DNA of 64,000 nt, from the NCBI GenBank assembly GCA_964470105.1, contig CAYXZI010000004.1, positions 5,271 through 69,270 on the forward strand, read 5' to 3'. The position numbers and the translations under genes are program-made. This document shows, piece by piece, positions 9,484 to 19,043 of the stretch (position 1 is the first letter of the stretch; the number at the start of each line of letters is the position of its first letter). Under the pieces are notes generated by a model. The model was not told where the DNA came from, ran no database searches, and saw nothing but the letters and a program-made list of their open reading frames with translations. The stretch comes from an uncultured Candidatus Saccharibacteria bacterium. Lineage in GTDB: Bacteria > Patescibacteriota > Minisyncoccia > Phycocordibacterales > PALSA-1337.

Positions 9484-10903
9484 TTCCTTGTTGGTCAAAA
9501 TCACCGAAATCACTTTTATCAATATTCATAAATGATGTTTTCTTGTCGTCGAAGTATAGCTCTGCGTATCCAGTAGGTCCATTTCTGTGTTTTTCGATCA
9601 TAATTTTTGCTATGTTAGGCCTTGCTGATGCTGGGTCTTTGTTTAGCTTGTCCTCCCTGTGAATAAACATAACAACATCGGCATCCTGCTCGATAGATCC
9701 TGAATCTCGGAGGTCAGATAGTCTAGGTTCACCACCACGTTGCTCAACTGCACGTGACAACTGTGAAAGAGCAAGTACAGGTACTTCAAGTTCACGTGCC
9801 AATTGCTTTAGAGATCTAGATATTTCTGTAACTTGTTGAACAACATTATCTGAGTTTCTACTCTGCGTTGGTACCATGAGTTGAAGGTAGTCCACAACAA
9901 TTAGTCCTAATCCTTTCTCACTCTTAAGTCTTCTTGCGACTGCACGCATCTTAAGGATATTGTTTGCTGGCTGATCATCGATATATATAGGGGCAGTCGA
10001 AAGTCGATCCATTGCATCACGAATAGCTTTGAAATCATTCTCTACATTTAAATTTTGTCCAGTACGTATCTTCCAAGAATCAACCTGTGATTCTGCAGCA
10101 AGCATACGATCTACCAGTTGTTGGGAACTCATTTCAAGAGAAAATATACCAACTGGTACTTTGTGTTTGATAGCAGCCATACGTGCTATATCAAGAGCAA
10201 GAGACGTTTTACCCATCGAAGGTCGAGCTGCGAGTATGATCAAATCAGATTTTTGTAACCCTGCTAGTTTATTATCTATTGCTTGAAATCCTGTTGGTAT
10301 ACCTCTTAATTCATCCTTAGTCGCATGAAGTTTGTCGATTCTCTCCCAAGCCTCAACAAGTGTATCCTTTAGTGCAATGAACTTATGAGTACCTGTGTAG
10401 TTTGTTACTTCAAATATCTTTTTTTCAGCCTTATCCAATGTTTCTTCAATATCCATTTCCTCATCAAATCCAAGATTACCAACAAACTCTGATGCATTGA
10501 TTAAATCTCGCATTATATTTTTCTTCTGGACAATCTCCGCATAATGTTTTGCATTTGTTGAAGAGGGAACTCCATGAACTAGTTCTGTGAGATATGCCAT
10601 TCCGCCAGCTTGATCAAGTATTTCTCTATCTTTCAATCGTGCTGAAAGAGAAAGGATATCTATTGGTGTACTTTTGCTAAATAGCTCCATCATTGTTGAC
10701 CATATCATCTTGTGGCGGTCGGAATAGAAGGCTTTTTCATTTATGATATCGGTAATGTCGTGCATTACTTCAGGTCGGATCATAATTGAGCCAAGCAAAG
10801 CTTTTTCTGCTTCTAGTGATTGAGGAGGGATTCTAAGATCCTTAGATTTAAAGTATGGTGATGATGTTGGATTCATATTTGTATGCATATTGTAGCATAG
10901 CAA
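9467..10903 (-). CDS. dnaB: Replicative DNA helicase DnaB
   Basis: LEAEKALLGSIM N-terminal domain and the RPSMGKTSLALD Walker A motif. No intein. Confidence 0.9.
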   Translation of the reverse strand: MLCYNMHTNMNPTSSPYFKSKDLRIPPQSLEAEKALLGSIMIRPEVMHDITDIINEKAFYSDRHKMIWSTMMELFSKSTPIDILSLSARLKDREILDQAGGMAYLTELVHGVPSSTNAKHYAEIVQKKNIMRDLINASEFVGNLGFDEEMDIEETLDKAEKKIFEVTNYTGTHKFIALKDTLVEAWERIDKLHATKDELRGIPTGFQAIDNKLAGLQKSDLIILAARPSMGKTSLALDIARMAAIKHKVPVGIFSLEMSSQQLVDRMLAAESQVDSWKIRTGQNLNVENDFKAIRDAMDRLSTAPIYIDDQPANNILKMRAVARRLKSEKGLGLIVVDYLQLMVPTQSRNSDNVVQQVTEISRSLKQLARELEVPVLALSQLSRAVEQRGGEPRLSDLRDSGSIEQDADVVMFIHREDKLNKDPASARPNIAKIMIEKHRNGPTGYAELYFDDKKTSFMNIDKSDFGDFDQQGNGSDF

Positions 10904-11008
10904 ACAAAATATGTTTTATCTCTAAAATTGAATATCGGGTTGATAAGGTGTTGATAGTATTTTCTGACATGAATTATCATTGTATGCAATATTGATGTTG
11001 TTAAACAT

Positions 11009-12433
11009 TTGCAATATAATGCCGCTAATATGAAAAAATACCTTTCTGACTTAGAAAAGCTTGTTCTATTATCAATAATTGCACTTATAGTGGTTGTTTT
11101 TCCAGTTAAAATGGTTAGTGCTAGTGGCTCCCTAGCTGTTACTGGTGTTAGTTCAGTTAAAGTGACCGGTATTGCAAATAATACATACAGTGATGGTTGG
11201 AAGTGGATTTTTCACATAACGCTTCCTAGTGATGAGAATCTAGTCAGGATGAGATTTAGTGACTTTTCTAACGGTTCTCAAATAATCCCAGCTAACAATA
11301 TTAGACTATATTCAGCACAGTCGGTTAATTCAAGTAATGAAGCAACTGCTGTACAAATTTCTGCTGCTGATACATATAGCGATCAAATCAATATTAATTC
11401 AGTACTCGATCTCGACCCTCTTACCGATGGAATACAAATTGATATGAATGTTGATTCGAGAATCCCATTTGGAATAGTGGGTACAGGATATAATACTAGC
11501 TACGATATCACCTCCGAGGCTCCAGAGGTTACGACTCCCGATCAAACTCCTGATGCAGAGGTATATGCTACGACTACTAAGATTACATCCGGACTATGTT
11601 TGTCTCTCGACGTTCCAAAAGGGTTGCAGATGAGAGTTGCAGTATCAGACGGAACTGTTATTTTTGGTACAAGTACACGTGCATACCCAGCCTTTACAGT
11701 GTCTTCTCCCTCAGATCAAACTCTTGCAACATACGGTCACGATTGGTACTTGAGTATAGGGGTATTTCCAGTACTACAGCTAAATACATATTCATTACTC
11801 ACTTATGATGAAGCTCAAGATCCATTTATGGTTGGTTCATCAACTATTTTGGGTAGAATTAAATTTGATAATGTTGGTAATATTACGTACTTGGAGTCTG
11901 TAAATCCTAATTGTCCACAGGTTGAGGTTCCACTAGTTGAAAAACCAATAATCAATTCAAGTGCACCTATAGACGTAACTCAGACAGCTGGTACGCAGTT
12001 TTCAGATCCACTTGCCACCGCTTGGGATTCAGTCGATGGTGACATAACCGAGAAACTTGTTTATTCAAATAATATTCAAATCTGGAACGAAGGTGACTAC
12101 AGAGTAGATGTAAATGTGGTTAATTCAAGAGGATATAGGGCAGACCCGTTTACTCAGTATTTACATCTACTACCAATAACACCAGAGGCGGAGGCTAGAA
12201 AAGTCCTGAATAATACTATCGTTTCAATAGTTGCCTCCATAGACGCTAGTATATTTAAAGTTGGAGATAATCCTGGTGAGTATCCTCAGCAGGCAATGGA
12301 TGATTTGTTGTCTGCAATATCAGATGCGACTAATATAAAAGATAATCCAAGTCTAACAGTTTCGGAATATGTTGAGGCGAATTCAAATTTAAATTTAGCA
12401 ATTGTTACATTTATGAGTAAACGAATAATATAA
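11009..12433 (+). CDS. Secreted/surface protein with a C-terminal Ig-like (DUF5011-type) domain
   Basis: Signal-anchor N-terminus. The C-terminal block DPLATAWDSVDGDITEKLVYSNN...GDYRVDVNVVNSRGYRADP resembles DUF5011/HYR-like Ig domains. Confidence 0.45.
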   Translation: MQYNAANMKKYLSDLEKLVLLSIIALIVVVFPVKMVSASGSLAVTGVSSVKVTGIANNTYSDGWKWIFHITLPSDENLVRMRFSDFSNGSQIIPANNIRLYSAQSVNSSNEATAVQISAADTYSDQININSVLDLDPLTDGIQIDMNVDSRIPFGIVGTGYNTSYDITSEAPEVTTPDQTPDAEVYATTTKITSGLCLSLDVPKGLQMRVAVSDGTVIFGTSTRAYPAFTVSSPSDQTLATYGHDWYLSIGVFPVLQLNTYSLLTYDEAQDPFMVGSSTILGRIKFDNVGNITYLESVNPNCPQVEVPLVEKPIINSSAPIDVTQTAGTQFSDPLATAWDSVDGDITEKLVYSNNIQIWNEGDYRVDVNVVNSRGYRADPFTQYLHLLPITPEAEARKVLNNTIVSIVASIDASIFKVGDNPGEYPQQAMDDLLSAISDATNIKDNPSLTVSEYVEANSNLNLAIVTFMSKRII

Positions 12434-12434
12434 A

Positions 12435-12971
12435 ATGAATACACATTTTTTTAAAAGAATATTCCTCTTTCTTGCTGTCCTTGCTGTAGCAAATTTACAC
12501 ACTACTCATGCTTCTAGTGTTTCAGGTAAATTGGATTCTACAGCTTCAATTGCGAGTCAGCAAGCAGTAACCACAGGGGATACGGATCAATCAAGTAAAA
12601 CAACATCGTCAGGTAGTAAATCTAGTAGCTCAGGTAAGGTAAATAAAACCGAGAGTCAAAATGTTATTTATTCAAATCTTGAACAAACAAATTTCTCAAC
12701 AAATACAGAGAACCCAGATCGTAATTCGCCTGAGATAATAGTTGAGGGGACTCAGGATAATGTTGGTGTTGAAGAGGGTTCTGTATCAAGTACAACAGAT
12801 CAGATTGTTGAAAGCGTGAAAGATGATCAGAATTCACAAACAGCTGCTGCTGTAAATTCATTAGATTGGCTAAATACCAATAATCTACTATGGATCCTAC
12901 TAATAATTCTAATCCTACTAGGAGTTTTCTTTATCTATTCGTACTTTAAAAGAGATAGGCGTGCCTACTAG
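12435..12971 (+). CDS. Ser/Thr-rich secreted protein with a C-terminal TM anchor
   Basis: Signal peptide, low-complexity S/T/Q-rich region, and C-terminal LLWILLIILILLGVFFIY helix followed by KRDRRAY. Confidence 0.4.
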   Translation: MNTHFFKRIFLFLAVLAVANLHTTHASSVSGKLDSTASIASQQAVTTGDTDQSSKTTSSGSKSSSSGKVNKTESQNVIYSNLEQTNFSTNTENPDRNSPEIIVEGTQDNVGVEEGSVSSTTDQIVESVKDDQNSQTAAAVNSLDWLNTNNLLWILLIILILLGVFFIYSYFKRDRRAY

Positions 12972-13081
12972 TTTTGTCTTGTTGATACTCTACGTTGTAA
13001 AGTTAATAGCTGAAGGTAAGCCTTCATAGCTATTTAAAACTGATATTATAGAAAAGGTTTTTTTGGGAAAACTTGAGTAGA

Positions 13082-14449
13082 TTATACTCTATTCAATTCG
13101 AAGCTATCACCAGTATCTTTGACTGTATATCCCCTAGACTCGATTTCCTTTCTTAAAGCATCAGCTTTGTCCCATTCCTTATTATTTCTTGCTTCATTTC
13201 TTGCTTCAGCCAATAGATTCACCTCTGCAGGCACGCTCTCTTTTTCATATGCCTTCATTTCCATAACTGCTTTTAAACCTAAGCCAAATATACTATCAAA
13301 ATCGAGAAGAATTTTAATCTTTTCCTTCGCCTCAACAGAATGATCCTTTATTAGTTCCCAGGCCAGAGCCAGAGCTTCTGGGGTATTGAAATCATCATTT
13401 ACTCTCTCGATAAACTCCTTTCTATAGTCTCTAGGATTAGCAGATGCATGTATATGTTCATACTCTACCTCACTTAATCTTACAAAAGTCTCTATGAATC
13501 TTATAAATGCTGTTTGTGCGGCTTTTACTGCATCAATTGTGAAGTTCACCTGTGACCTATAGTGAGATGTTAGAAGCCAATATCTAAAAGCGATAGGGGA
13601 TATGCCAGCTTCTTCCAGTTCAGCAAGTTTTAGGAAATTTCCTTTCGACTTTGCCATCTTATCGTCATTTACATTCATGAATGCGCAATGTATCCAGTAG
13701 TTAACAAAATGTTTACCAGTTGCTGCTTCAGATTGCGCGATTTCATTCGTATGATGTGGAAAGATTAGGTCTGTTCCGCCTGTATGAATATCAAAATTTG
13801 GTCCAAGAGCTTTTGTGGACATTGCTGAACACTCAATACTCCAACCTGGCCTTCCTTTACCAAATGGCGCATCATAGGATACCTCACCATCATTAGGTGT
13901 GTAAAACTTCCAGAGAGCAAAATCCCTAGGATTCTCTTTTTCGTATTCATCATTTGATATTCTCTCTCGAAGTTTAGATGAGTCAGTTGCTTCTATCTTT
14001 AATTTTGCTAACTTTCCATAGTCCTTAAACAAACCGATACTATAGTACACTCCATCCTTAGTTATATATGCAATTCCTTTTTCTAAAAGAATAGCGATCA
14101 TATCAGTCATTTCTTTAATATGATCTGTTGCTCTCAGGATTCTGTTTGGTGTAAGGATATTAAGTGAATGTAGGTCAGCAAGGAAGAGCGTTTCGTAATG
14201 ACGTGTTAGTTGTTCGAGACTCATCTTGTTCTCCTGACTTCTTCTAATAGTCTTGTCATCCACATCAGTTAAGTTCATTACATGCTTTACGAAATATCCA
14301 TTATATTCAAAAACCCTTCGAATGATGTCGTTTGATGTATATGTTCTTAAATTACCTATATGTGCCGTATCATAAACTGTTGGTCCACAACTATATATAC
14401 CCACTCTTTTCTCCTCAATAGGTTTAAACTCCTCTTTCTTACCACTCAT
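13082..14449 (-). CDS. cysS: Cysteinyl-tRNA synthetase
   Basis: YSCGPTVYDTAHIGNLRTY (HIGH motif) and KMAKSKGN (KMSKS motif). Start taken at MSGKKEEF. Confidence 0.9.
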   Translation of the reverse strand: MSGKKEEFKPIEEKRVGIYSCGPTVYDTAHIGNLRTYTSNDIIRRVFEYNGYFVKHVMNLTDVDDKTIRRSQENKMSLEQLTRHYETLFLADLHSLNILTPNRILRATDHIKEMTDMIAILLEKGIAYITKDGVYYSIGLFKDYGKLAKLKIEATDSSKLRERISNDEYEKENPRDFALWKFYTPNDGEVSYDAPFGKGRPGWSIECSAMSTKALGPNFDIHTGGTDLIFPHHTNEIAQSEAATGKHFVNYWIHCAFMNVNDDKMAKSKGNFLKLAELEEAGISPIAFRYWLLTSHYRSQVNFTIDAVKAAQTAFIRFIETFVRLSEVEYEHIHASANPRDYRKEFIERVNDDFNTPEALALAWELIKDHSVEAKEKIKILLDFDSIFGLGLKAVMEMKAYEKESVPAEVNLLAEARNEARNNKEWDKADALRKEIESRGYTVKDTGDSFELNRV

Positions 14450-14532
14450 TGTGTTGTATATATGTATAGACATATGTTGTAGTATAACCTTCGTATTGTA
14501 TGAAATCAAATTGTTTGAGATAATGCTTAAAC

Positions 14533-15747
14533 ATGAACAAAGATAATATATCTAGAATAACATACACCATTTCAGGTCTAGTAATTGCTTCAATTATCTT
14601 TTCTATCGGTAGTCTATACGGAGAGGGCAGAGGAAGAGAGAAGGCTTTAGAAAGCATAGCACCTGAAGGAATTAAAGTGACAAATGCGCAGTTAGCTCCT
14701 TTTTGGAAAGTTTGGGGAATATTAAGTGAAAAATATGTTGAAGCGACAACAACTGATACACAGAAAAGAATCTGGAGCTCAATTGAAGGTCTAGCTCAGT
14801 CTCAAGGTGATCCATACACGGTATTCTTTCCACCAACAGAGAGCAAGATGTTTAAGAGTGATATAACAGGTAACTTTGAAGGTGTTGGTATGGAAATTGC
14901 AATAAAAGACAAGATTTTAACAGTGGTTTCTCCGCTTAAGAATAGTCCGGCTGAAAAAGCTGGGGTCAAGGCAGGAGATAAGATTATTAAAATTGATGAC
15001 AAAGTTGTCTCTGATCTGCCAGTTGACGAAGCGGTAAAACTAATAAGAGGACCACAGGGTAGTAAGGTTAGAATAGTTTTTCTAAGAGAAGGGCAGTCAG
15101 AACCACTGGAGAAATCAATTACTCGAGGTGTTATTGATATTCCTACTATTGAAACTGAGATAAAAGATAATATTTTTATCATCCGCCTATTTAGCTTCAC
15201 AAGCCAATCACCGGACCTGTTCAGAGAATCTCTACGTTCATTCCTTAAATCTGGTAAAAATAGACTAATAATAGATCTTAGAGGTAATCCTGGTGGATAT
15301 TTAGACGCTGCTTGGGATATAGCAAGTTGGTTCTTGCCCGCTGGGAAAGTGATAGTTACTGAAGATTTTGGTGGTAAAAATGAAAATAAAGTGCTCAGAA
15401 GTAAAGGATATGATGTATTGAACAAGTATTTTGGATCAAACTATAAAATAGTAGTCCTAGTTAACGGTGGTTCAGCATCAGCTGCTGAGATTCTCGCTGG
15501 GGCATTACAAGAGCAGGGTGTGGCAAAATTAGTAGGACAAAAGACTTTTGGCAAAGGATCAGTTCAGGAACTTGTAGAAATTACCCCTGAGACATCTCTT
15601 AAGGTGACGATAGCACGATGGTTGACCCCAAGTGGACACAATCTATCACATGATGGATTAAATCCTGACTATGTTGTCGCTGGTACCGCTAAAGATAGTG
15701 GTACTGATCCACAATTAGATAAGGCAGTTGAAATTTTAAGTAAATAA
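14533..15747 (+). CDS. ctpA: Carboxyl-terminal processing protease (S41) with PDZ domain
   Basis: PDZ region GVGMEIAIKD...SPAEKAGVKAGDKIIKIDD and the S41 motif LIIDLRGNPGGYLDAA. Confidence 0.85.
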   Translation: MNKDNISRITYTISGLVIASIIFSIGSLYGEGRGREKALESIAPEGIKVTNAQLAPFWKVWGILSEKYVEATTTDTQKRIWSSIEGLAQSQGDPYTVFFPPTESKMFKSDITGNFEGVGMEIAIKDKILTVVSPLKNSPAEKAGVKAGDKIIKIDDKVVSDLPVDEAVKLIRGPQGSKVRIVFLREGQSEPLEKSITRGVIDIPTIETEIKDNIFIIRLFSFTSQSPDLFRESLRSFLKSGKNRLIIDLRGNPGGYLDAAWDIASWFLPAGKVIVTEDFGGKNENKVLRSKGYDVLNKYFGSNYKIVVLVNGGSASAAEILAGALQEQGVAKLVGQKTFGKGSVQELVEITPETSLKVTIARWLTPSGHNLSHDGLNPDYVVAGTAKDSGTDPQLDKAVEILSK

Positions 15748-15761
15748 GCTAATATACAACT

Positions 15762-16205
15762 ATGAAAATAATATTATTGAAAGATATAGCTAAGGTTGGA
15801 AAGAAATATGATGTTAAGGATATTAGTGAGGGATATGCACAGAATATGCTCATCCCTAAAGGTTTGGCTATCGCTGCAACCAAAGATGTTCTAAAGAGAA
15901 TAGAGCTTGAGAAAGCGCGTGACGAGGGTGAAAAGAAGTTGAAAGAAGAACTTCTTCTTAACAACCTTAAGGAATTGGACGGTAAGACTATTACAATGAT
16001 AGAAAAGGCCAATGACAAAGGTCATCTATTTGCAGGTATACATAAACCAGAAATTATTCCAGCTATACAGTCACAGACAAGACTACAGATCGATGCTGAA
16101 CATATGGTATTAGATAAACCTATCAAGGAGATCGGGAATCATCAAATAGAAGTTAGGGTAGGGAATAAGAGTATTAAGTTTAACCTCGAGGTTAAGTCTA
16201 AATAG
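15762..16205 (+). CDS. rplI: 50S ribosomal protein L9
   Basis: MKIILLKDIAKVGKKYDVKDISEGYAQNMLIPKGLA. Confidence 0.85.
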   Translation: MKIILLKDIAKVGKKYDVKDISEGYAQNMLIPKGLAIAATKDVLKRIELEKARDEGEKKLKEELLLNNLKELDGKTITMIEKANDKGHLFAGIHKPEIIPAIQSQTRLQIDAEHMVLDKPIKEIGNHQIEVRVGNKSIKFNLEVKSK

Positions 16206-16233
16206 AATAAAATCTTATAGAGAGATAAAAAGA

Positions 16234-16506
16234 CTAGACGATATTTACTATCTTCTTTCTTTTTATTGTATTATCAAAATGAGTCTTTCTCTTTGTTCCG
16301 AACTCAACCTTACCCTCCTTTAGAGCGAAAAGAGTGTGATCCTTACCCATACCAATGTTTCTACCTGGTATTACCTCTGTACCTCTCTGTCGAACGATAA
16401 TAGAGCCAATAGCCACAGTTTCCCCGTGATTTACCTTAACTCCTAAATATTTAGGATTCGAATCCCTTCCGTTAGCGGTCGATCCACCTGATTTTTTGGT
16501 TGCCAT
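16234..16506 (-). CDS. rpmA: 50S ribosomal protein L27
   Basis: [23 protein letters not shown]. It is separated from rplU by about 9 kb. Confidence 0.9.
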   Translation of the reverse strand: MATKKSGGSTANGRDSNPKYLGVKVNHGETVAIGSIIVRQRGTEVIPGRNIGMGKDHTLFALKEGKVEFGTKRKTHFDNTIKRKKIVNIV

Positions 16507-16653
16507 AGTTCAAACAGTATATACCAATATACCCATATAATGCAAGCTTTTAGGGGGACATATTAGCTATTGACATTTTAGCCTAAAGGTGCTACTATTA
16601 TGTCATTAGCGAGGTAAGTTGATTATATCAATACAGCCTCGCTTTAAAATTAT

Positions 16654-17109
16654 ATGATTGAACTTACAACCGGAATAGCATTTCTTTTGTCATCAATGTA
16701 CGGAGCGGGTAATGCCTCTATTGATGCTGTGGATGTTCAACCATTAACAGCTAATTCAGTAGGTAATGCACCAGCCGTAATATCAACAATTAATAGACAG
16801 TTACTTGAAAAATACCTAAGAGAGAATTTTGCAGATACTCCAATTCTAGTTGAGATTGCAAGATGTGAATCAGAGTTTAGACAGTTCGACAAGAATGGTA
16901 AGGTGGTTCGTGGAAGAGTGGATAATGCCGATGTAGGTGTTATGCAAATCAATGAAAGATATCACCTTGAGAACTCTAAGAAGCTTGGTTTCGATATACA
17001 TACTGTAGAGGGTAACGTAGGATACGCTAAGTACCTTTACAAGAAGTATGGTTCAGAACCATGGAATGCTTCATCTCCTTGTTGGAGTAAGACTGTAGCA
17101 ATGAAATAA
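16654..17109 (+). CDS. Lysozyme-like (SLT/GH23-type) domain protein, secreted
   Basis: ARCESEF...GVMQINERYH resembles the ES...G(L/V)MQI transglycosylase core. N-terminal signal. Confidence 0.4.
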   Translation: MIELTTGIAFLLSSMYGAGNASIDAVDVQPLTANSVGNAPAVISTINRQLLEKYLRENFADTPILVEIARCESEFRQFDKNGKVVRGRVDNADVGVMQINERYHLENSKKLGFDIHTVEGNVGYAKYLYKKYGSEPWNASSPCWSKTVAMK

Positions 17110-17165
17110 TATTAAACAAAAGACTCGTCGAAAGACGAGTTTTTGTTTGTGGTACAATAACTATT

Positions 17166-17501
17166 ATGAAAATTCCTAACAAAGTTCCAGAAAAAGGGTA
17201 TTACTACCACTACAAGCATGATCCTAAAGGTGAAATTAACAACTATGCATATGAAGTTGTTGGTGTTGGTGTGCATACAGAAGATGATTGTAGACCAGAA
17301 GATGCCAATATGGTTGTATACAGACCAATATACGAATCATCAGTATACAAGGCTGGTAAGCTATTTGATCTTAGACCTCTAGATATGTGGATGGGGAGTA
17401 TAGACAAGGAGGGAAAGACTATTTCCAGATTTTCTAAAATTACTGATGAATCGGTAATCAAAAAACTGACTGAGATCAGAGATTTGATGTATGTAAATTA
17501 A
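17166..17501 (+). CDS. DUF1653 domain protein
   Basis: GYYYHYKHDPKGEINNYAYEVVGVGVHTE...MVVYRPIY matches the DUF1653 pattern. Confidence 0.6.
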   Translation: MKIPNKVPEKGYYYHYKHDPKGEINNYAYEVVGVGVHTEDDCRPEDANMVVYRPIYESSVYKAGKLFDLRPLDMWMGSIDKEGKTISRFSKITDESVIKKLTEIRDLMYVN

Positions 17502-17813
17502 AGAGTCCTCCCCGTGGTGGGGAGGAGCTCGTGAAGGGTTACTTCAAGGCGATCAGTCGCCTTCGTGGGGAGGAGGCCTTCTTTCCGAAGGCTCCTTAGT
17601 CTGCTTCTTGGGAACACCTCCGTTTTCGGAGTCCCCGTGCGGTGTTTTTGCGAGGAGAGCGTCACCGATCTCCTGTGCCGATGCCTCAATACTTGATGTG
17701 CTCATCGTAGAATATTATATTCCAATAATTATTTTAAGCAAGCGATAATCAGATTATCATATGTTGATATGTATATTTACAAAGTCATATATTAGTGTTA
17801 TAGTCACAAATGT

Positions 17814-18390
17814 ATGAATCTTGTAATTACAGTTAGATATGGTTTAGAACTACGACGCCGATCGGAGTACGATGCTGAGGCGGTCTTCCAGGTTTATCGA
17901 TAAGAACAGAAACTACCTGAAGCAATGGTTACCCTGGCTCGATGATAGCAAGACAGTTGATGATATTCGAAAGTACATACGAAGTGATGCGGTGGAATTT
18001 GAAAAAAAGGAGGGTTGTGATTTCGGAATCTGGTATGAGGGTCAATGGATTGGGGGAATTGGTCTCAGTTCGTTCGGTACCAAAGACAGAAAAACATCAA
18101 TTGGATACTGGTTATCTGAGGACTTTCAAGGTAGGGGTATAATGACTGATTGTGTTCGTGCCCTTGTTAACTATTGCTTTGAGCATCTAAATCTCAATCG
18201 TATTGTGATACGTTGCGCAAGTGGAAATACCAAGAGCCGGGCTATTCCACAGCGACTCGGATTCAAAGAAGAAGGAGTACTTAGACAATCCGAATGGTTA
18301 TACGACCACTTTGTCGACCTTGTAATGTACGCCTTACTTAAGGAAGATTGGAGTAGAGACCCACAGGTCTTCAAGATCAAAAAGTTATGA
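17814..18390 (+). pseudogene. rimL: RimL-type GNAT N-acetyltransferase with a +1 frameshift near 17890-17903
   Basis: One frame (ATG 17814) reads MNLVITVRYGLELRRRSEYDAEAVFQVYR* and aligns to the RimL N-terminus. The +1 frame continues IDKNRNYLKQWLPW...IGYWLSEDFQGRGI...GFKEEGVLRQSEWLYD, which is RimL-like through to the C-terminus. Terminator follows at 18428-18468. Confidence 0.6.
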
Positions 18391-18427
18391 CATCAGAAAC
18401 GCTATATGAGGACGCGCGGTGAACCTC

Positions 18428-18468
18428 AACCCAGACAATTCGGTCTGGGTTTCATTGTTTATTTTTTT
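18428..18468 (+). terminator. Intrinsic terminator after the rimL-like gene
   Basis: Stem AACCCAGAC / GTCTGGGTT followed by TCATTGTTTATTTTTTT. Confidence 0.6.
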
Positions 18469-18731
18469 CTATAAGCATGGTTAGGGTAGGGGAATTTGAC
18501 CCAAGCTTTGACATGGTCTTCCCCGATGTAGTTTTTTGAACAGATAGCATGTGCAGGGTAGAGAATAATTATATTTTATTTATGGGTACGTAATAAAAAT
18601 TGGTAATTAATATTAATTAATCTGATTATTTTGTGTACATCAGGTGCTGATGGGTGATAGGTTTTCACACCCATTCTCCTCTATATACAACGTCGCACAA
18701 TATATCTTTTACGCACTAGTATAGAGAGAAA

Positions 18732-19013
18732 TTAGGCCAAGAAAAAAGCGTCTTGTTGTCTGACGCTTGTTTCCCCTTTCACTTTTTTATCTAAAATCTT
18801 TATCGACGGTTCCCAGATATATTTTATGAATACTTCACTCCATAAAAACTTTGCTGGCTCCTTTAAATATTTTTGCCAAACAAAAACTGTCACATCCTTG
18901 GCGTATTCCAGGTTAGATTGAGCTACTGGTGAATGCACGGACTTTTTAATGTCAAAACCGAGGTTACCTAATATAATAAGTGCGATGATTGATATAACTA
19001 TCCATTTAATCAT
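18732..19013 (-). CDS. Small membrane protein (hypothetical)
   Basis: 93 aa with an N-terminal TM helix. The 3' end overlaps a minus-strand terminator hairpin at 18742-18772, so the C-terminus is uncertain. Confidence 0.3.
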   Translation of the reverse strand: MIKWIVISIIALIILGNLGFDIKKSVHSPVAQSNLEYAKDVTVFVWQKYLKEPAKFLWSEVFIKYIWEPSIKILDKKVKGETSVRQQDAFFLA

Positions 19014-19043
19014 GTGTTGTATTATATCACCTCTAAATTGATT

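Noticed and set aside
14802-15425. Long antisense ORFs inside ctpA, the RND pump gene (30857-31156, 32486-32926, 33488-34009), dnaK (38927-39415, 40175-40522) and similar
   Set aside because: They are fully nested on the opposite strand of well-supported conserved genes, have low-complexity S/P/L-rich composition, and lack promoters. These are typical shadow ORFs.
17498-17689. Arg-rich 63-aa ORF on the minus strand (TTG start)
   Set aside because: It lies entirely within a GC-rich hairpin cluster and has a low-complexity R/H/S/T composition typical of spurious frames in GC-rich DNA. It has no ATG start and no promoter.
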